This document shows, piece by piece, positions 1-16,842 of a DNA stretch of 64,000 bases. The DNA is from the human T2T-CHM13v2.0 reference genome, Homo sapiens. The stretch lies in assembly GCF_009914755.1 (NCBI RefSeq), contig NC_060934.1, one strand, 5' to 3'. Position numbers and translations under genes: made by a program. Each line of letters opens with the position of its first letter. Position 1 is the first letter of the stretch. The notes under the pieces were generated by a model, which saw only the letters and a list, made by a program, of their open reading frames with translations, made no database searches and was not told the DNA's origin.

Positions 1-130
1 TTCATATGTAAAATGGGGTAATAACCATATTTACTTTATAAAGGCTATTATAAAGAATAAATGAGGTTTTCTTTTGTATTTTGAGGAGTACCTGGCATGT
101 AGTAAGCCCTTAATAAATATTAACTATTAA
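1..130 (+). mobile_element. MIR SINE, 3' fragment
   Basis: tgtaaaatggggtaataa...cctggcatgtagtaagcccttaataaatattaactatt follows the MIR core and 3' end. Confidence 0.7.
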
Positions 131-711
131 TATAATATCTGAACACCAGTCACTGTGGCTGCTCAAAGTTTTTTTTTTTTTTGGACACTTCTTGACTACT
201 GTGAATCAGTAGATACAAAAGATACTGGGTGCAGGACGAGTTCCCAGCTTCATACCCAATCTCCACTTAGACTCATCCAGAATATTTTCTTACACCTCTA
301 GCCGTAAATATTCAAAAATTGCTACATATGTTGCTAGCCCATCAAGTTATTAGTAAGGAACCCCATTTGGGTAGGCTACTAGTGTGGAACCTCACCTCTG
401 TTACTCTCAGTTACTCTTTGTGTTTAAAATGTCTTAGAATTCTTTGTATCTTTAAATTTTAATTAGGGATTGATAACAGGTTCTGATAACTTGTAAATGG
501 AGACTGATCATTTGTTAGCCTGTGTTTTGATACGTAGACTTTAAAAAAAAGAAAAACTTCTTCGGTCAGAAGCTGTTGTTCTGTGAAACTAGACCAGACT
601 GTGTTTTGGCTTGTGTGAGAAGGGAAAGCATATTGTTTGTAGGTGAACAGTTTGCACGACTATTGTGATAATCTATCCTGTCTCCCTGCCTTCTGTGTCT
701 ACCCAGCTTAG

Positions 712-1063
<352 letters not shown>

Positions 1064-1299
1064 TGATTTTGATTATGTATTTTTTCATTCCGGAAAGCAG
1101 CGAGGGCCACCCTGTTGCCTACCAAAAATGCACATTTATGGTCCATGGCAACCTGTTGCACCTTAATGGGTGAGAGAGCTGCTCTTTCCACTGCCCCCTT
1201 CACCATCTTGGTGCTTCCGCCGAATTGGCTGACTCCTGCTTGTCACAAATGCTTTTTGCCTTCTTCTGTCTCTGCCTTTTTAGTTCCCACCCACCCACT

Positions 1300-1480
1300 T
1301 TCCTATTGTATCCTTGTCTGGAACAGCATACCACATTCCTGTGCATTGTTCAGGACTCAATGTAAAGCCACTTCTCCCAGGAATCTTTCCCTAATTCCTC
1401 TCAGCCAAACAGAATCACCCCTGAGGTGCCATAGCCCTTCATCCCCCATCACGTGGGTATCATATACCATTTCTAGTGTG
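1300..1480 (+). mobile_element. L2 LINE fragment
   Basis: ttcaggactcaatgtaaagccacttctcccaggaatctttccct resembles the L2 3' region; a probable L2 tail lies at ~1920-1990 (aaacatttgttgaaaggttgagtgaatgaa). Confidence 0.45.
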
Positions 1481-1539
1481 AGGTATAAGGATATTTTCAA
1501 TGGACATTTTTATGTTTGAATCTTGTATATACCTGCAAT

Positions 1540-1845
1540 TATCACTTTAGGAAATAGTCTTAGAAATATTTAAGATCTTTGATGCATATTGCAAAATTGC
1601 CTTTTAGGCAATATTATTCCATTTATTCTCTACTGTCTGTGTATTGGGGCCCATTTTCCCATATTCTCTATAACCCTGGGTATTATTTTCTTGCCACCTT
1701 TTGCTATTTTGATGGTTTTTTTTTTTAAAGAAAAACCTTTGTTTTAATTCATATTGCATTGCTCTAATTTCTAGTGAGACTGAACATTTCAAAAATGTGC
1801 TTATTAGCCATGCACATTCTCTCTGAATTGTCCGTTGACAGGGCA
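1540..1845 (-). mobile_element. Ancient L1M fragment (ORF2 3' end)
   Basis: ttgcattgctctaatttctagtgagactgaacat...cttattagccat; minus-strand translation CSVSLEIRAMQ resembles L1 [11 protein letters not shown]. Confidence 0.6.
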
Positions 1846-2810
1846 CTTGACACTTTATATCATAGTAGTTTTGTGAACTTGTCAGCTACCAAGGATCTAT
1901 ACGACAAACAGCTATACTGTCAGCCCAGCTACTGTGCTTAGAACATGATAGGTATGTACTAAACATTTGTTGAAAGGTTGAGTGAATGAATATATATGGC
2001 TGATGATGGTTAATGTTCCTTAAGCATTTAAAAATGTGTAGACTCTAATTTACCTCCAGTACAACAATTCAAGATGCAAATCTTGAATGCACCATTCAGT
2101 GTGATCATGACAGTGCCTTTCACTTAGTAAGTCTTCCACTTGTGAGGTTGGTTAAGAGGAGCGTGAGGTTAGATTTGCAAACATAAAAACCTCTGGGGTA
2201 GGGAGGTCTTTTGGTCACTCTCTATGATCCTGGAACATCACGTGCTCTTTATTTATACTTCTGGACTTCACCAAAATAGAGGTGGTGATTTTGGAGCCCA
2301 AGAAGCAGGAAGGCAGGGTGAGAGCAGACCTGTGCTTGAGAGATGTCTGCTTTTCAGAGGAGATGGTGTAGTGACAACTTCAGGGACTGATGCCTGGCTA
2401 TTAGGATCGAGTCTTCTTAGATGTCAGCTCATTTCCTTGTAGAAAATGAAATCTAATGAAAGCTGGTTTATCTGGTATTCCATCAAGCAGAACATTTTTT
2501 ATTACATCATATTCATACGAATGACCCTAAGGCACAGCAAGATGATGTTCAGGGTCACATTGGAGTTAAAGGTCTTATAAATTATATTGTCATTCTTTTG
2601 AAAATTGGTGATTGTGGCAGATGTGGTAATTTTCCATTCACCAGAATGCCTGAGTTACCAAAAGCAAAGATTTCTGCAGACTGGGAAAGTTTTGTGGGAG
2701 CGTGTATGTTTACATGTGTAGGTGAGCGCATGAGTACGAGTATCGGAGTACGAGTATCGGAGGAACAATGAGCTGGAGTCCACTAGAGAGTGAAACTTAC
2801 AGAGTCTTGA

Positions 2811-3172
<362 letters not shown>

Positions 3173-3319
3173 AACAAGCACCTTCTAAGGGTGACTTCAC
3201 TTTGGAATTGTTTGGTTGAAGCAAGGGAAGTAAGGAAACCAAAACCTCTTCAACGCTATGCTAAGTGTTACTTAATCTCATTTCATAAAGGAAATATGAG
3301 GCTGGATTATATTTATTTC

Positions 3320-3339
3320 GTGTGTGTGTGTGTGTGTGT
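3320..3339. repeat. (GT)10 microsatellite
   Basis: Read directly from the sequence. Confidence 0.95.
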
Positions 3340-3399
3340 AAATTTTCTTAAGAAAGCAGTAAGTGGTTTTTTCCTTGTATGCAGGTAGCACCTGCCAAC

Positions 3400-3850
3400 C
3401 TGACCTGTTGACAGATAATTGCTTGACAGCCTGGCCTTTGATGTTAAGCGTCACTTAGGCAGAAAGAAAGTTTCCCTGCACCTCCCTACCAGTCCTGGGT
3501 GGTCTTGTCTGCTTTCCTTCCCCAGAACCTTGCCCAGGAAACCCATGAATTCAGGCCCCCGGGTGCAGGTAGGGTCAGCAAACGCCAGACCACTCCCCAA
3601 TGTGTGGAGAGCGAGGAGGGGCCTGCAAACTCTGCTTAAAACAAACAAGTGCTAAATTAAAAAGAATGTTAAATACAGATCAGCTGCCTGGCTCCTGACA
3701 GCAGATTTAATTCTTCCCTCCTCTCACCTGATGGAGCTTCGCCTGCAGGGTTTGCATCAATTACTCGACGACATGTGGAAAATGATTGATGAGCTGCCTG
3801 CGGCACTGAAGTACACTTTGTCAACCGCTCATCATTTATACATCTTATCT
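3400..3850. promoter_or_regulatory. Candidate developmental enhancer
   Basis: Repeat-free; TGACAG at 3409, 3424 and 3696; CCTTTGATG at 3435; TGATTGAT at 3783; several retained CpGs. Confidence 0.4.
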
Positions 3851-5546
3851 CTGCCAGAACAAAAGATAGGACAACCTCACACTGAAGTTGGGGATGGGAA
3901 GGGGGGAGATGAGGATGGGGGTGAGGGAGGCAAGTCAGGCAAAGTTGTTGGGTGCCCACAGGGACGAGCTTGGGTGGTGAGACCCCTGCTGTTGCCTCAG
4001 AACTGTCTGGTCAGTCAGCTCTGCCACAGGCCCTGGCTTTGCCAAAGCTCTTTGACTGTCCTCACCTCCCCCACCCCCAACAAAGTCCAGGAACAGAGAA
4101 CTGCATGCTGTTTTAATTACAGCATCATCTCAGAGAGCTTTCGAGGCACTGCAGCCACTCTGCAGCTGACCCTTTGCTTTAATCAACCACTCCTAAGGCA
4201 GGGTTTGTAACCATCCCTGACAAAGATGAATCACGGCCCGTGGATCCAGTTTCTGAGAGAATTTCGGGGGGAGCTGCCCAGGCAGCAGCGGCTGTTGGGG
4301 CCAGCTTTTGGGAAATTGGGGCATCTGATGATGGTGAGACTTGGCGGTGATATTCATGGTTTTATTTCAAGCCATGTTCCCAAGGCCGGAATGAGACCCA
4401 AATGTTTTTGTTCAGATTGAGATGGAAGGTTGGTGGTGATGCTGACTCCTTGTTTGTTCCCCAGCTGTGGCCTTAGGACTAAGACCCCTCCTAACATGGG
4501 AACAAAAAATATCACCTCGCATATGGCTGTCTTCTCTTTCCTGGGGACACTATTATAGCCACAAATCCAGGTGATGACCTAACAATCATTTCTAGGCAAT
4601 AACTGCTGAAAATAGCTATTTTATTATGAGCTGATCTCTATTAATTCACTCTCTATTAAAGGCATCCCATTTATTGATTTTTTTTTCTTTGAAAGAAAGG
4701 GTACTGACAAATATAAAGTCAAGTGACCTAGTTATATAATTTGAGTGATTGACCCAACAGATTCCTTAGTAATTGGTCAGGGGGTGGAAAGGAATTAAGT
4801 TAGAAAACTTCAACCTTATAATATAATAGGATTTCCCTCCAATAAAATTTGATACATTACTTACAAATTGCTAAATAATAAATAAGAATGAAAAATGAAC
4901 ATACCTACTGAATGAATTATAAAAGCAAGTAATACAACTATGAGGCAAAATCATGCCAGAAAAGAAATAGCTCCACATAAGAGAATTATGAAATGGAAAA
5001 AGGACTCAATACCCAGGAGAATATTTCTGCGGCCTTTGAAAATTTAAAAACAGTATTTTGAACTCTTCCACCAGTTTAGTTGGTATTGTTAGAGGAAAGG
5101 TTTTACCTATGCTCAAGAATTTGTAGATGAGATAACAGTGACAGGTAAATAATCATCATGATATCAAATGTTTTTATAAAAATTTCATGGAGCATGAATT
5201 ATACTATACAGAAGGACCCTCTTGGACCAGAAGAGAAGGGCAGCCACTGAGGATCTCATAATGGCCACAAATGTGCTAGCGTTGGCAGATCATCCATAGT
5301 GCGTCTCTGTTCTGAATGAAAGAAAGCCCTTGCAGGCTTGATGAACTGCAAAGGGACAGCACCAAATGGAGGCATGTGGTCCCTTTAAGGTGGACCTTAA
5401 GATTTGATTTCAGACTTAAGTGGTAGTCCTATGCACCACAATGAATGGAGTTTTACATTTTTTGTGCTTTTGATAACCCTTCAAGGCTTCTATCTTGGGA
5501 AATGGTCACCTATTTGGTATTCATTTTGAAAGGTTTGAAAGCTATT

Positions 5547-5995
5547 TGTATTATTTTCCTAAAACTGCTGTAACAAAGCACAACCAACTAGGTGGTTTAA
5601 ACAGCAGAAATGTATTGTCTTACATTTCTGGAGGCCAGAAGTCTAAAATCAATGTGTCTGCAAGGGTTGGTTCCTTCTGAGCGCTGTGAGGGAGAATCTA
5701 TTCCATTCCTGTCTCCTAGCTCCTGACAGCCTCAGGTGCTCCTTGACTTGTAGATGGCATTTTTACTCTGTCTTCACCTTGTCTTCCCTCTATGGATGTC
5801 TGTCCTTGTGTTCAAATTTTCTTTCTTTTTTTTTTTTTTAAGGACATCAGTCTCATTGGATTTGGGCCCATCCTAATGACCTTATGTTAAATTGATCATC
5901 TGCAAAGGCCCTATTTCCAAATAAGGTTACACTCACACTTACCTGGGGTTAGGACTTCAACATCTTTTTGGGAGAACACAATTCAACCCATAATT
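5547..5995 (-). mobile_element. MLT1 (MLT1B/C-like) MaLR solo LTR
   Basis: Both termini present (tgtattattttcctaaaactgctgtaacaaag...acacaattcaacccataa); near-TSD ctatt/gtatt. Confidence 0.85.
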
Positions 5996-7899
5996 GTATT
6001 ACCCAAGAACTTTAATTCGAGAGATTCTACCTTCAGTGCTTTATCTTGTAGTTTAAGGCATAGATTGTTATCTTGAAGCAGGAGTCGTGTCATGTCTGAT
6101 CTAAGAGTGGGCATATAGTAACTACTTGATAAATATTTGTTAAATTAATGAATGGATGAGACTTTAATCTTGAACTTCCTTGGAAAAGGCATTTTTATAT
6201 GACATTTGTACCAGGAAAATTTACTAATTTACAATTTATGAAGTCAATGAACTCCAGAGGGACACAAAAGTTTTAGCAAAAAAGGCTTTCTTTCAAAAAT
6301 AATATGAAGCTCAGAGTGTGGCCATTTATAGGGAATCTTCTTTTTGTGAATGGCACTTTAGAGAGAAGAATTCCCTAGATAATTCTGTTTTTGCAGAAGT
6401 CAGTGCCTTGTGCTGGATTTATTTTCTTGCCAATACATTGTCACTTGGGGAAAAAATTCCCCATGGAAACTTTATATTATAAGTTTGTTAAAACTGGCTC
6501 AATATTGTTTATATTATCTGGTTCACATGCTGATATATAAGGGAGATTCAATATTATGAGTAAACTATTACCTAATATGTGCAAATGATTGAGTCTTGAG
6601 TTAGTAAGGAGGAAGGTTTTGTGTCTTCCAGAAACATATTTACATACAAGTGAACTTTTAAACATATTAAAAAAAAAGCAGCAAAAATGACTATATTTGA
6701 TAAAAACTTGTCCAAAAAATGTAGATATAGCAAGTTTAGAGATTAAGATGTTTATTTGTATAAAATAGATGAGCACTTTTTGTTCTTAAACTTTCTATAT
6801 TTATATTTTACATAAGTTTTTAAAATCCGATACAGTCAATATTTGTTTATTAAAATTATATGATGGACCATATAATATACCAGGCTGAGGAGGACCAAGC
6901 GTATCAATACCCCAAGGAAGCACGTCCATGTGGGTAATGTTAAGGATACCTATATGTCAGGCCCTAACCAAAGGAGGTTTGTGGAACTTGGAGAGATCCA
7001 GGAGGTAACACCAAAAAGCTGCATTTAGCAATGCCTGCCTAGCCCTCCTGTACAGCTCATGTTATTTTGTTGCCTTAGGCCACCTTACACCAAACCATTC
7101 CTATCTCCATGCTTTTGTTTATGCTGTTGCCTCCTTTTAGAAGGGCCACGCTCCACCGCTCTGCTGTGTTGATACTACCGACCCTTCCTTTAGTTCCTGT
7201 TCAATTCCCAAGCCTTCTGCCAAGCCTTCTTGGACATTCCCATCCCATGCTGACTATTCCTTAAGCTAAAACCCTTAGAGTTAATATGATACACTTGGCT
7301 ACCTCATTGTTTCATATCAGTCATTCCTGTCTCTAGCTATAATCGGCTCAGCCAAGGAAGATATATTTATATGGACAATGTCTTTGTGCCTTGGCTGTAA
7401 ACAGTGTTGAATAATTAATCTCACTTGATGAGGTCTTACTTAATGATAGCCTCCAATTATTCACCAAGACGAGGGGCAACGATGCTTGTCCATTGTCTGT
7501 GCAGGCTAGACTGGAGGAAAGGGCCTTGGGGAGGAACTTAAGGTAGATGGAATTTGCTGATGGAAATGTTATTTACTTGATCAAATTTTCCACTGGCATT
7601 GGTACATACTTCCCTAAAGAGGGTTAAAAATAAGAAAGGCCCTCCTGGGAGTCAGGAGAAGTGATGAGATGTGCTGTAGCTAGGCCCTTCCTTTGTGAAA
7701 TGGAGTTTATGCTATAGCCAGATGTCACAATGCTCAACAAATGACTGAAGTCCATCGTAAACAACACCAAAAACAACGAAATGCATTTATTTTAAAACTA
7801 CTATTTTGAAAAAACACAGTCCCTATGGCAAAAAAAAAAAAAAAAACAAAAAACCCTAAACTTTGACTTGGGGTGACAATGTGTCGGAATCCTGGCAAG

Positions 7900-8460
7900 G
7901 CTGAATGTCCCTTTAAGAGACTTGATCAGAGAGGGATCCATCAACATCCCAGGGGTTGGCTGGGGGGACTGTGATTCTAAAATTAGGAACAGAAGGAAGA
8001 ACTGAGGAGCGGTGAGAACTAAATTAGGAGAATGTTTTAGGAAGATTATAATTTCAGGGAGGATAGCTCATAGGAGTTGTGTATTGCCCTTTTGCAACTG
8101 TAGACATTTTTTACCTTATAATTCCCTGTTTAAACCTGGACAACTTTAATTGGGGATTAAAAAATTATGGCTGAAACACAGAGCCATGTTCTAATGATGA
8201 AGGGCTGCAATTTACAGACCAATTAGGATGGCATTTGTTTTCATTCTGCAGCAACTTTTTCCCCCCAGTGTACCCCTCAATAACAGCAAAACAGATTCCT
8301 GGGTCCAAAAGTGGTTTTCCGGAGCTGACAGCTGCCATATGCCTTTGGCTGACAGGTGGGGGACAGGTTCTGGACAGCTTCCAGAGAACCACTCCTTGAA
8401 TTTTGCCCATTTTGTAGAGCCACTCTCTCTGCAAAACAATGCCATTTAACTTCAAGCTCT
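7900..8460. promoter_or_regulatory. Candidate enhancer-like unique block
   Basis: ATCCATCA (reverse of TGATGGAT) at 7936; TGACAG at 8326 and 8350; AACAAT at 8435; several TAAT cores; no repeat match. Confidence 0.3.
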
Positions 8461-10144
8461 GACACCTTGCCTATTTCTACTTCACTATAAATAAACCTAC
8501 TCCCCCCATTTGCTTGCCTCCCCCAGGTCAGGCATTCCTCAATTATAGTCTTAAACCTGGCCAAGCGAGAACAAATGGTGACCTTAAGTTATATCTTAAA
8601 GTCCTGCCTCATATTGGGACGCAGAGTAAGTTTTTTTGGCATTCTCTTTGACAGGCTGCTTGTAGATAGAACAGTTTTCCATAAGGAATTGAAATCATAC
8701 ATCAAATGTATTGTTTTATATGTAAGCCACTGGAGACCAATGAAAGCAGTTGGTAGAGCCCAAATACCATTACAAATAGATTTATTGTAGTGTGTTTTCT
8801 CCCACCTTTTTCTAGAAGTTATTACTTTAATCTTAAGAATTTATGTAAGTATGCTTGTGGCTTTTATATGGTTTATGCATTCACTTTGGAGACTTTTAGC
8901 TATTTAGTGGCGAGGTGTTTAAAACAAGTGTTATCAAGGAAATAATTTTGGCTTTACATCATTTTTTTTATATTTGCCTCTGAATGCTACATATAGAATA
9001 GCCAATCGGCAATATAAAAGAGTTACTGTGGATGTCATGGAAACTTATCTTTCCAGTGCCCTTTAGTTTGGTGTGTTCATCTGCACCTCCAAAAAGCAAG
9101 CGGAGATAAACATGCTGTATTCCTTTGCTGCCAAATTAGAAAAAGCTCTGTGCCTTCCTTCCTGAACCGTTTCAAAGACAGACAGAGAACATTAGACTTC
9201 ACAGCAATTAAACTCACTGTAGTGTACATTTACTAAAAGGACTGGAAATCTTTTTTTCAGCCAGCCCCACAGTAACAGAGCTGTTAGAAAATTTAAAAAG
9301 AAAAATCCTGAATGATGCTGTTAGTAGATAAATTAAGTGATCTTGCAAGACCCTTCTCATTTATTATATTAATACTTCAACTACATCATATTTAGTTAAA
9401 AATTTTTTGCATATTATCCTACAATTTAACCTGTTTAGTAATTTTTTTTTCACAAACCCCTTTTAATTTACCACCTTCCTCTTCACACGCACAGACGCAC
9501 ATGCTTACTTACTCTGGTTTCAAATATTATGCATAAACTGATGTTTTGATTTGGTAGCCATAATTTCTAAGTCTGTTGATAGAAACTTGTCAATCATTTC
9601 CAAGGCAATATGTTGCCATCTAACTGTTTTGATATATGTGAAGCTCTTGTGGTTTGTCTAGTTCTTATAAAAATACTGCGTATCCCCTTTGATCCTTCGT
9701 GTACTTTCAAAACTTGATACTGGTGGGGAACTTGACTCTTCAGTTTCTTTTGAACTTGTTTTAGAATTATGACAGTGTTTTTCTAGTACAGAAAAGTAGA
9801 CACACCTAGGGGACCCAAAGAGACCTGACTGTTATGTCAAACTAAGAGTGCACGTGTTATTCTTCTGACAGTTATTGAGATTAAAAAGCAGGTTAGCAGT
9901 TTTCTTAGACCATATCAGGCCCTGAAGAGGAGACAGTGGCTTTTAAATCTCTCTGTGGAGCATGTTTAGGAGGGACAGTGCCTCTCTGGGGATGGAGGTG
10001 CCTTCCAGTTCAAATACTGTTTGGAAAGTGGGGTGACTGAAATCAATTTTCTGACCCTGTTTGTGTCATCTTCCAGAACACAAAGGACTCTTTTCATAGA
10101 CTTTTAAGTTTAAGCTCTGTTCCAATCTGAGCCAGTCTCCACCC

Positions 10145-11365
10145 TTTGGAAACCAGAATATGCCACCCCAAAATATGTCTCTCTAGCGTAAGGATTATTT
10201 TGAGCTGATTATTTGGAGGTCTACAGCCATAGGAGAAGCACTGACAACAGAATAAAAGTTACCCTGTTAAAAGGGAAATTTACATCTCTCAAGGGAATTT
10301 CCATTCATGAAGGTGGCTTCTGTCTGTACCAAGAAAAGAAGGCTGACTGCATCACCAGAGACTCCTTTCACTGGAGAAGGTGCCAGCTGAAATCTGCAGA
10401 ACAAAATCTGAAATCTGAAATCTGTTTTTGTGGACCATACTTCACCTGAATACCTACCCAGTATATGTCTCCCTCCACTCCCACCCAACATCCTTCTTTC
10501 TCTGCTTCATTTCAAGATGGTATTTAAGCCTGAACTCAAGCCACCTCTTTAAGATTTGCTCACTTTTTTTCTGGGTATCTCCCTTGTATAAATGAGTTAT
10601 CACTGGAGCTCAGAAAACAGTACCCCAAAGGATGGCACTTTGGCAGCATGGGAACTTTGAAATGAAGCAAATGAAAAGATCTTAGAAGCAGCTTCAGAAC
10701 CAAAGACTTTCTCACCTTCTGTTTCTCTCCCCAAGTACAGGGTGGAACTCTCTCTCTCTCTCTGAAGTTCTCTCATTTGAAGCTTCTCGAGAAGAATGAA
10801 CACAATTGCCTTCAATCTCCTCCCTGAAATTTCATTAGCCAGAAAAGATTAAACTCATATTGCAGGAAGGAAGACTAAGGAATGCCACCACACCTAGACA
10901 GACTTTGTCACAAGCTGTTTGCTGTTCTTTGGTCCCATTCAGTTTCCAAAAAGAATTATTTAGAAACTATTGCCTATTTACAAATTATTCTTTGGGTCCA
11001 ACCAACTCTCCTAAAAATCATACTCTTTTCAAAATTGCCTACATTCCCCCATCTCCCTCTCCCCTAAGAAGAGGGCAGTATTTAAGCTTGAACCATCTGG
11101 TCCTTCTTTGAGTCTTGTATTTTGTATGGCTCCCATGCACACCAGCACATTATTAAATGTGTATACCTTTTCTGCTAATCTATTATCAGTTTCTTTCCGC
11201 AGGCTCAAACTTTCAGAAGAGGAGGGAAAAATTCTCTTTGCTCCTATATCACACATGTTAATAAGCTTCTATTTGTTCTTCTCTGTTAATCTGTCTTTTG
11301 TTATGGGGGTCCATTCCAACTAAGAACATGAAGGGTGGAGAGAAAATGATTTTTCCTCTCCTATA
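10145..11365 (+). mobile_element. ERV1 solo LTR (MER34-group-like), split by a nested LTR
   Basis: Starts ...accagaatatgccaccccaaaatatg and ends gaaaatgatttttcctctcctata; flanked by accc at 10141-10144 and 11366-11369. Confidence 0.75.
10604..11248 (+). mobile_element. ERV1 solo LTR (MER39-like), nested in the previous LTR
   Basis: tggagctcagaaaacagtaccccaaaggatggcactttgg...aaattctctttgctcctata; flanked by tcac at 10600-10603 and 11249-11252. Confidence 0.75.
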
Positions 11366-12339
11366 ACCCTTTTTGGCAGCAATGGATTACTAAAAGATTA
11401 TTTTCAAAGCACAGTTTTAATTAATACTTTGAAATACACCTGGTAATACATACTAGTAGCTGGCGCAGTGCCCTTCAGTTGAGAACCTCTTTTAATGTCT
11501 AGTTAAAGATCATGTGTAATTAACATACTGATTGTTATAGAACAAATGAATTTAGATATGTATGTCAAGTTTGTACACCTAAGTAGGTTAAGTACTCCCA
11601 CCTGATGTGTCTCATGCTATTAATTTGCTGAGTAAACACTATTTTTATAGTTGAAAGATCAGTTCCATTCCAGCCATTCCAAATTAGTTTTGTTCAAACT
11701 AATGAGACCTTATTAAATTCGAAAGGTGATCTAGATTGGGGATTATAGTCTTGTCACAAATCTCTCTGAAATTGGACGTATATCCAGCTTTCAAGCCCCT
11801 TGGTCCATCAGCCCCAAAGCGTAATTCCTTCTAAGGTTTGCAAACCATAGAGTTTTACCTGTACCTTTGGTTTTTGCATTTTATCATCAACTTGACTTCA
11901 ACATAACTGTCCTCCTAGTTATTTTCTGTCTCGTTTTAATTGTTTTGTGCAGAACTTTAGTTTCTTTGTCTTTTCTAACTTCCACTGGATATCCTGTTTG
12001 AATCGTGGATGCATTTACATGTTGCCCCCTTACCTAGATTCTACTCTTGACTCATAATACTGCCCCACTTGGGCTAGTTTTGGGAGAAGCCCTTATCTCA
12101 ACTTTTCACCTTGTCTCTATCCATAGCTTCTCTGTGGTCCTAGGCTGCAAGAAATTTTCTACCTCAAGGTCAATACTGGAAGACATCTTTTTCTGCTTTA
12201 AGATTTGGCTATCCCCTAATGTAGATGATTTTTTTCTTTCAATGGATTTCAGGTGCATGGAATTGAATTAATCATAATTCTTGGTTTATGACACACTATC
12301 AATTGGTTTATGCGTAACATTTATAATTATATGTGTGCA

Positions 12340-12730
12340 TTTACATAGTCTTAAAAATGCAATGAATGAACCAACCCAAGAATTAGAATATAGATAATAA
12401 CTTATGTTTTTCTGTGTGGTCCTCTTCAGTGTAATCATTATCTTGAATTTTGTGTGTAATATGCCATTTCATTTTTAAAATATTTAACTACAAATACATT
12501 TATGTACCTAAATAATATATTGCTTAGTTTGGGGCTGTTTAAAACTTTGGTAAAAACAAAGCTTGTCACGCTTGATTTTTTTTTTCTGGGATTTACTTTT
12601 TTCATTCAACATTGTGTTACTAAACTTCATCTGTGTTGATGCTATAGCAGCTGTTTCTGCATTTTCAATGCTGTATAATATTCCATCATATTCAAGTGCA
12701 ACAGTTTATTCTCCAGAAGATGGTCATTAT
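12340..12730 (-). mobile_element. Ancient L1ME-like 3' fragment (left part of the host of the L1PA insertion)
   Basis: ttcattcaacattgtg...ttcatctgtgttgatg...gctgtataatattccat, typical of old L1 3' ends; continues at 18905. Confidence 0.6.
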
Positions 12731-12962
12731 GTTATTATCTTTATTATTATTATTATTATTATACTTTAAGTTTTAGGGTACATGTGCACAATGTGCAGGT
12801 TTGTTACATATGTATACATGTGCCATGTTGGTGTGCTGCACCCATTAACTCGTCATTTAGCATTAGGTATATCTCCTAATGCTATCCTTCCCCCCTCCCC
12901 CTACCCAACAACAGTCCCCAGTGTGTGATGTTCCCCTTCCTGTGTCCATGTGTTCTCATTGT

Positions 12963-16779
<3,817 letters not shown>

Positions 16780-16842
16780 TATGATGTTAGCTGGTTATTT
16801 TGCTTGTTAGTTGATGCAGTTTCTTCCTAGCCTTGATAGTCT

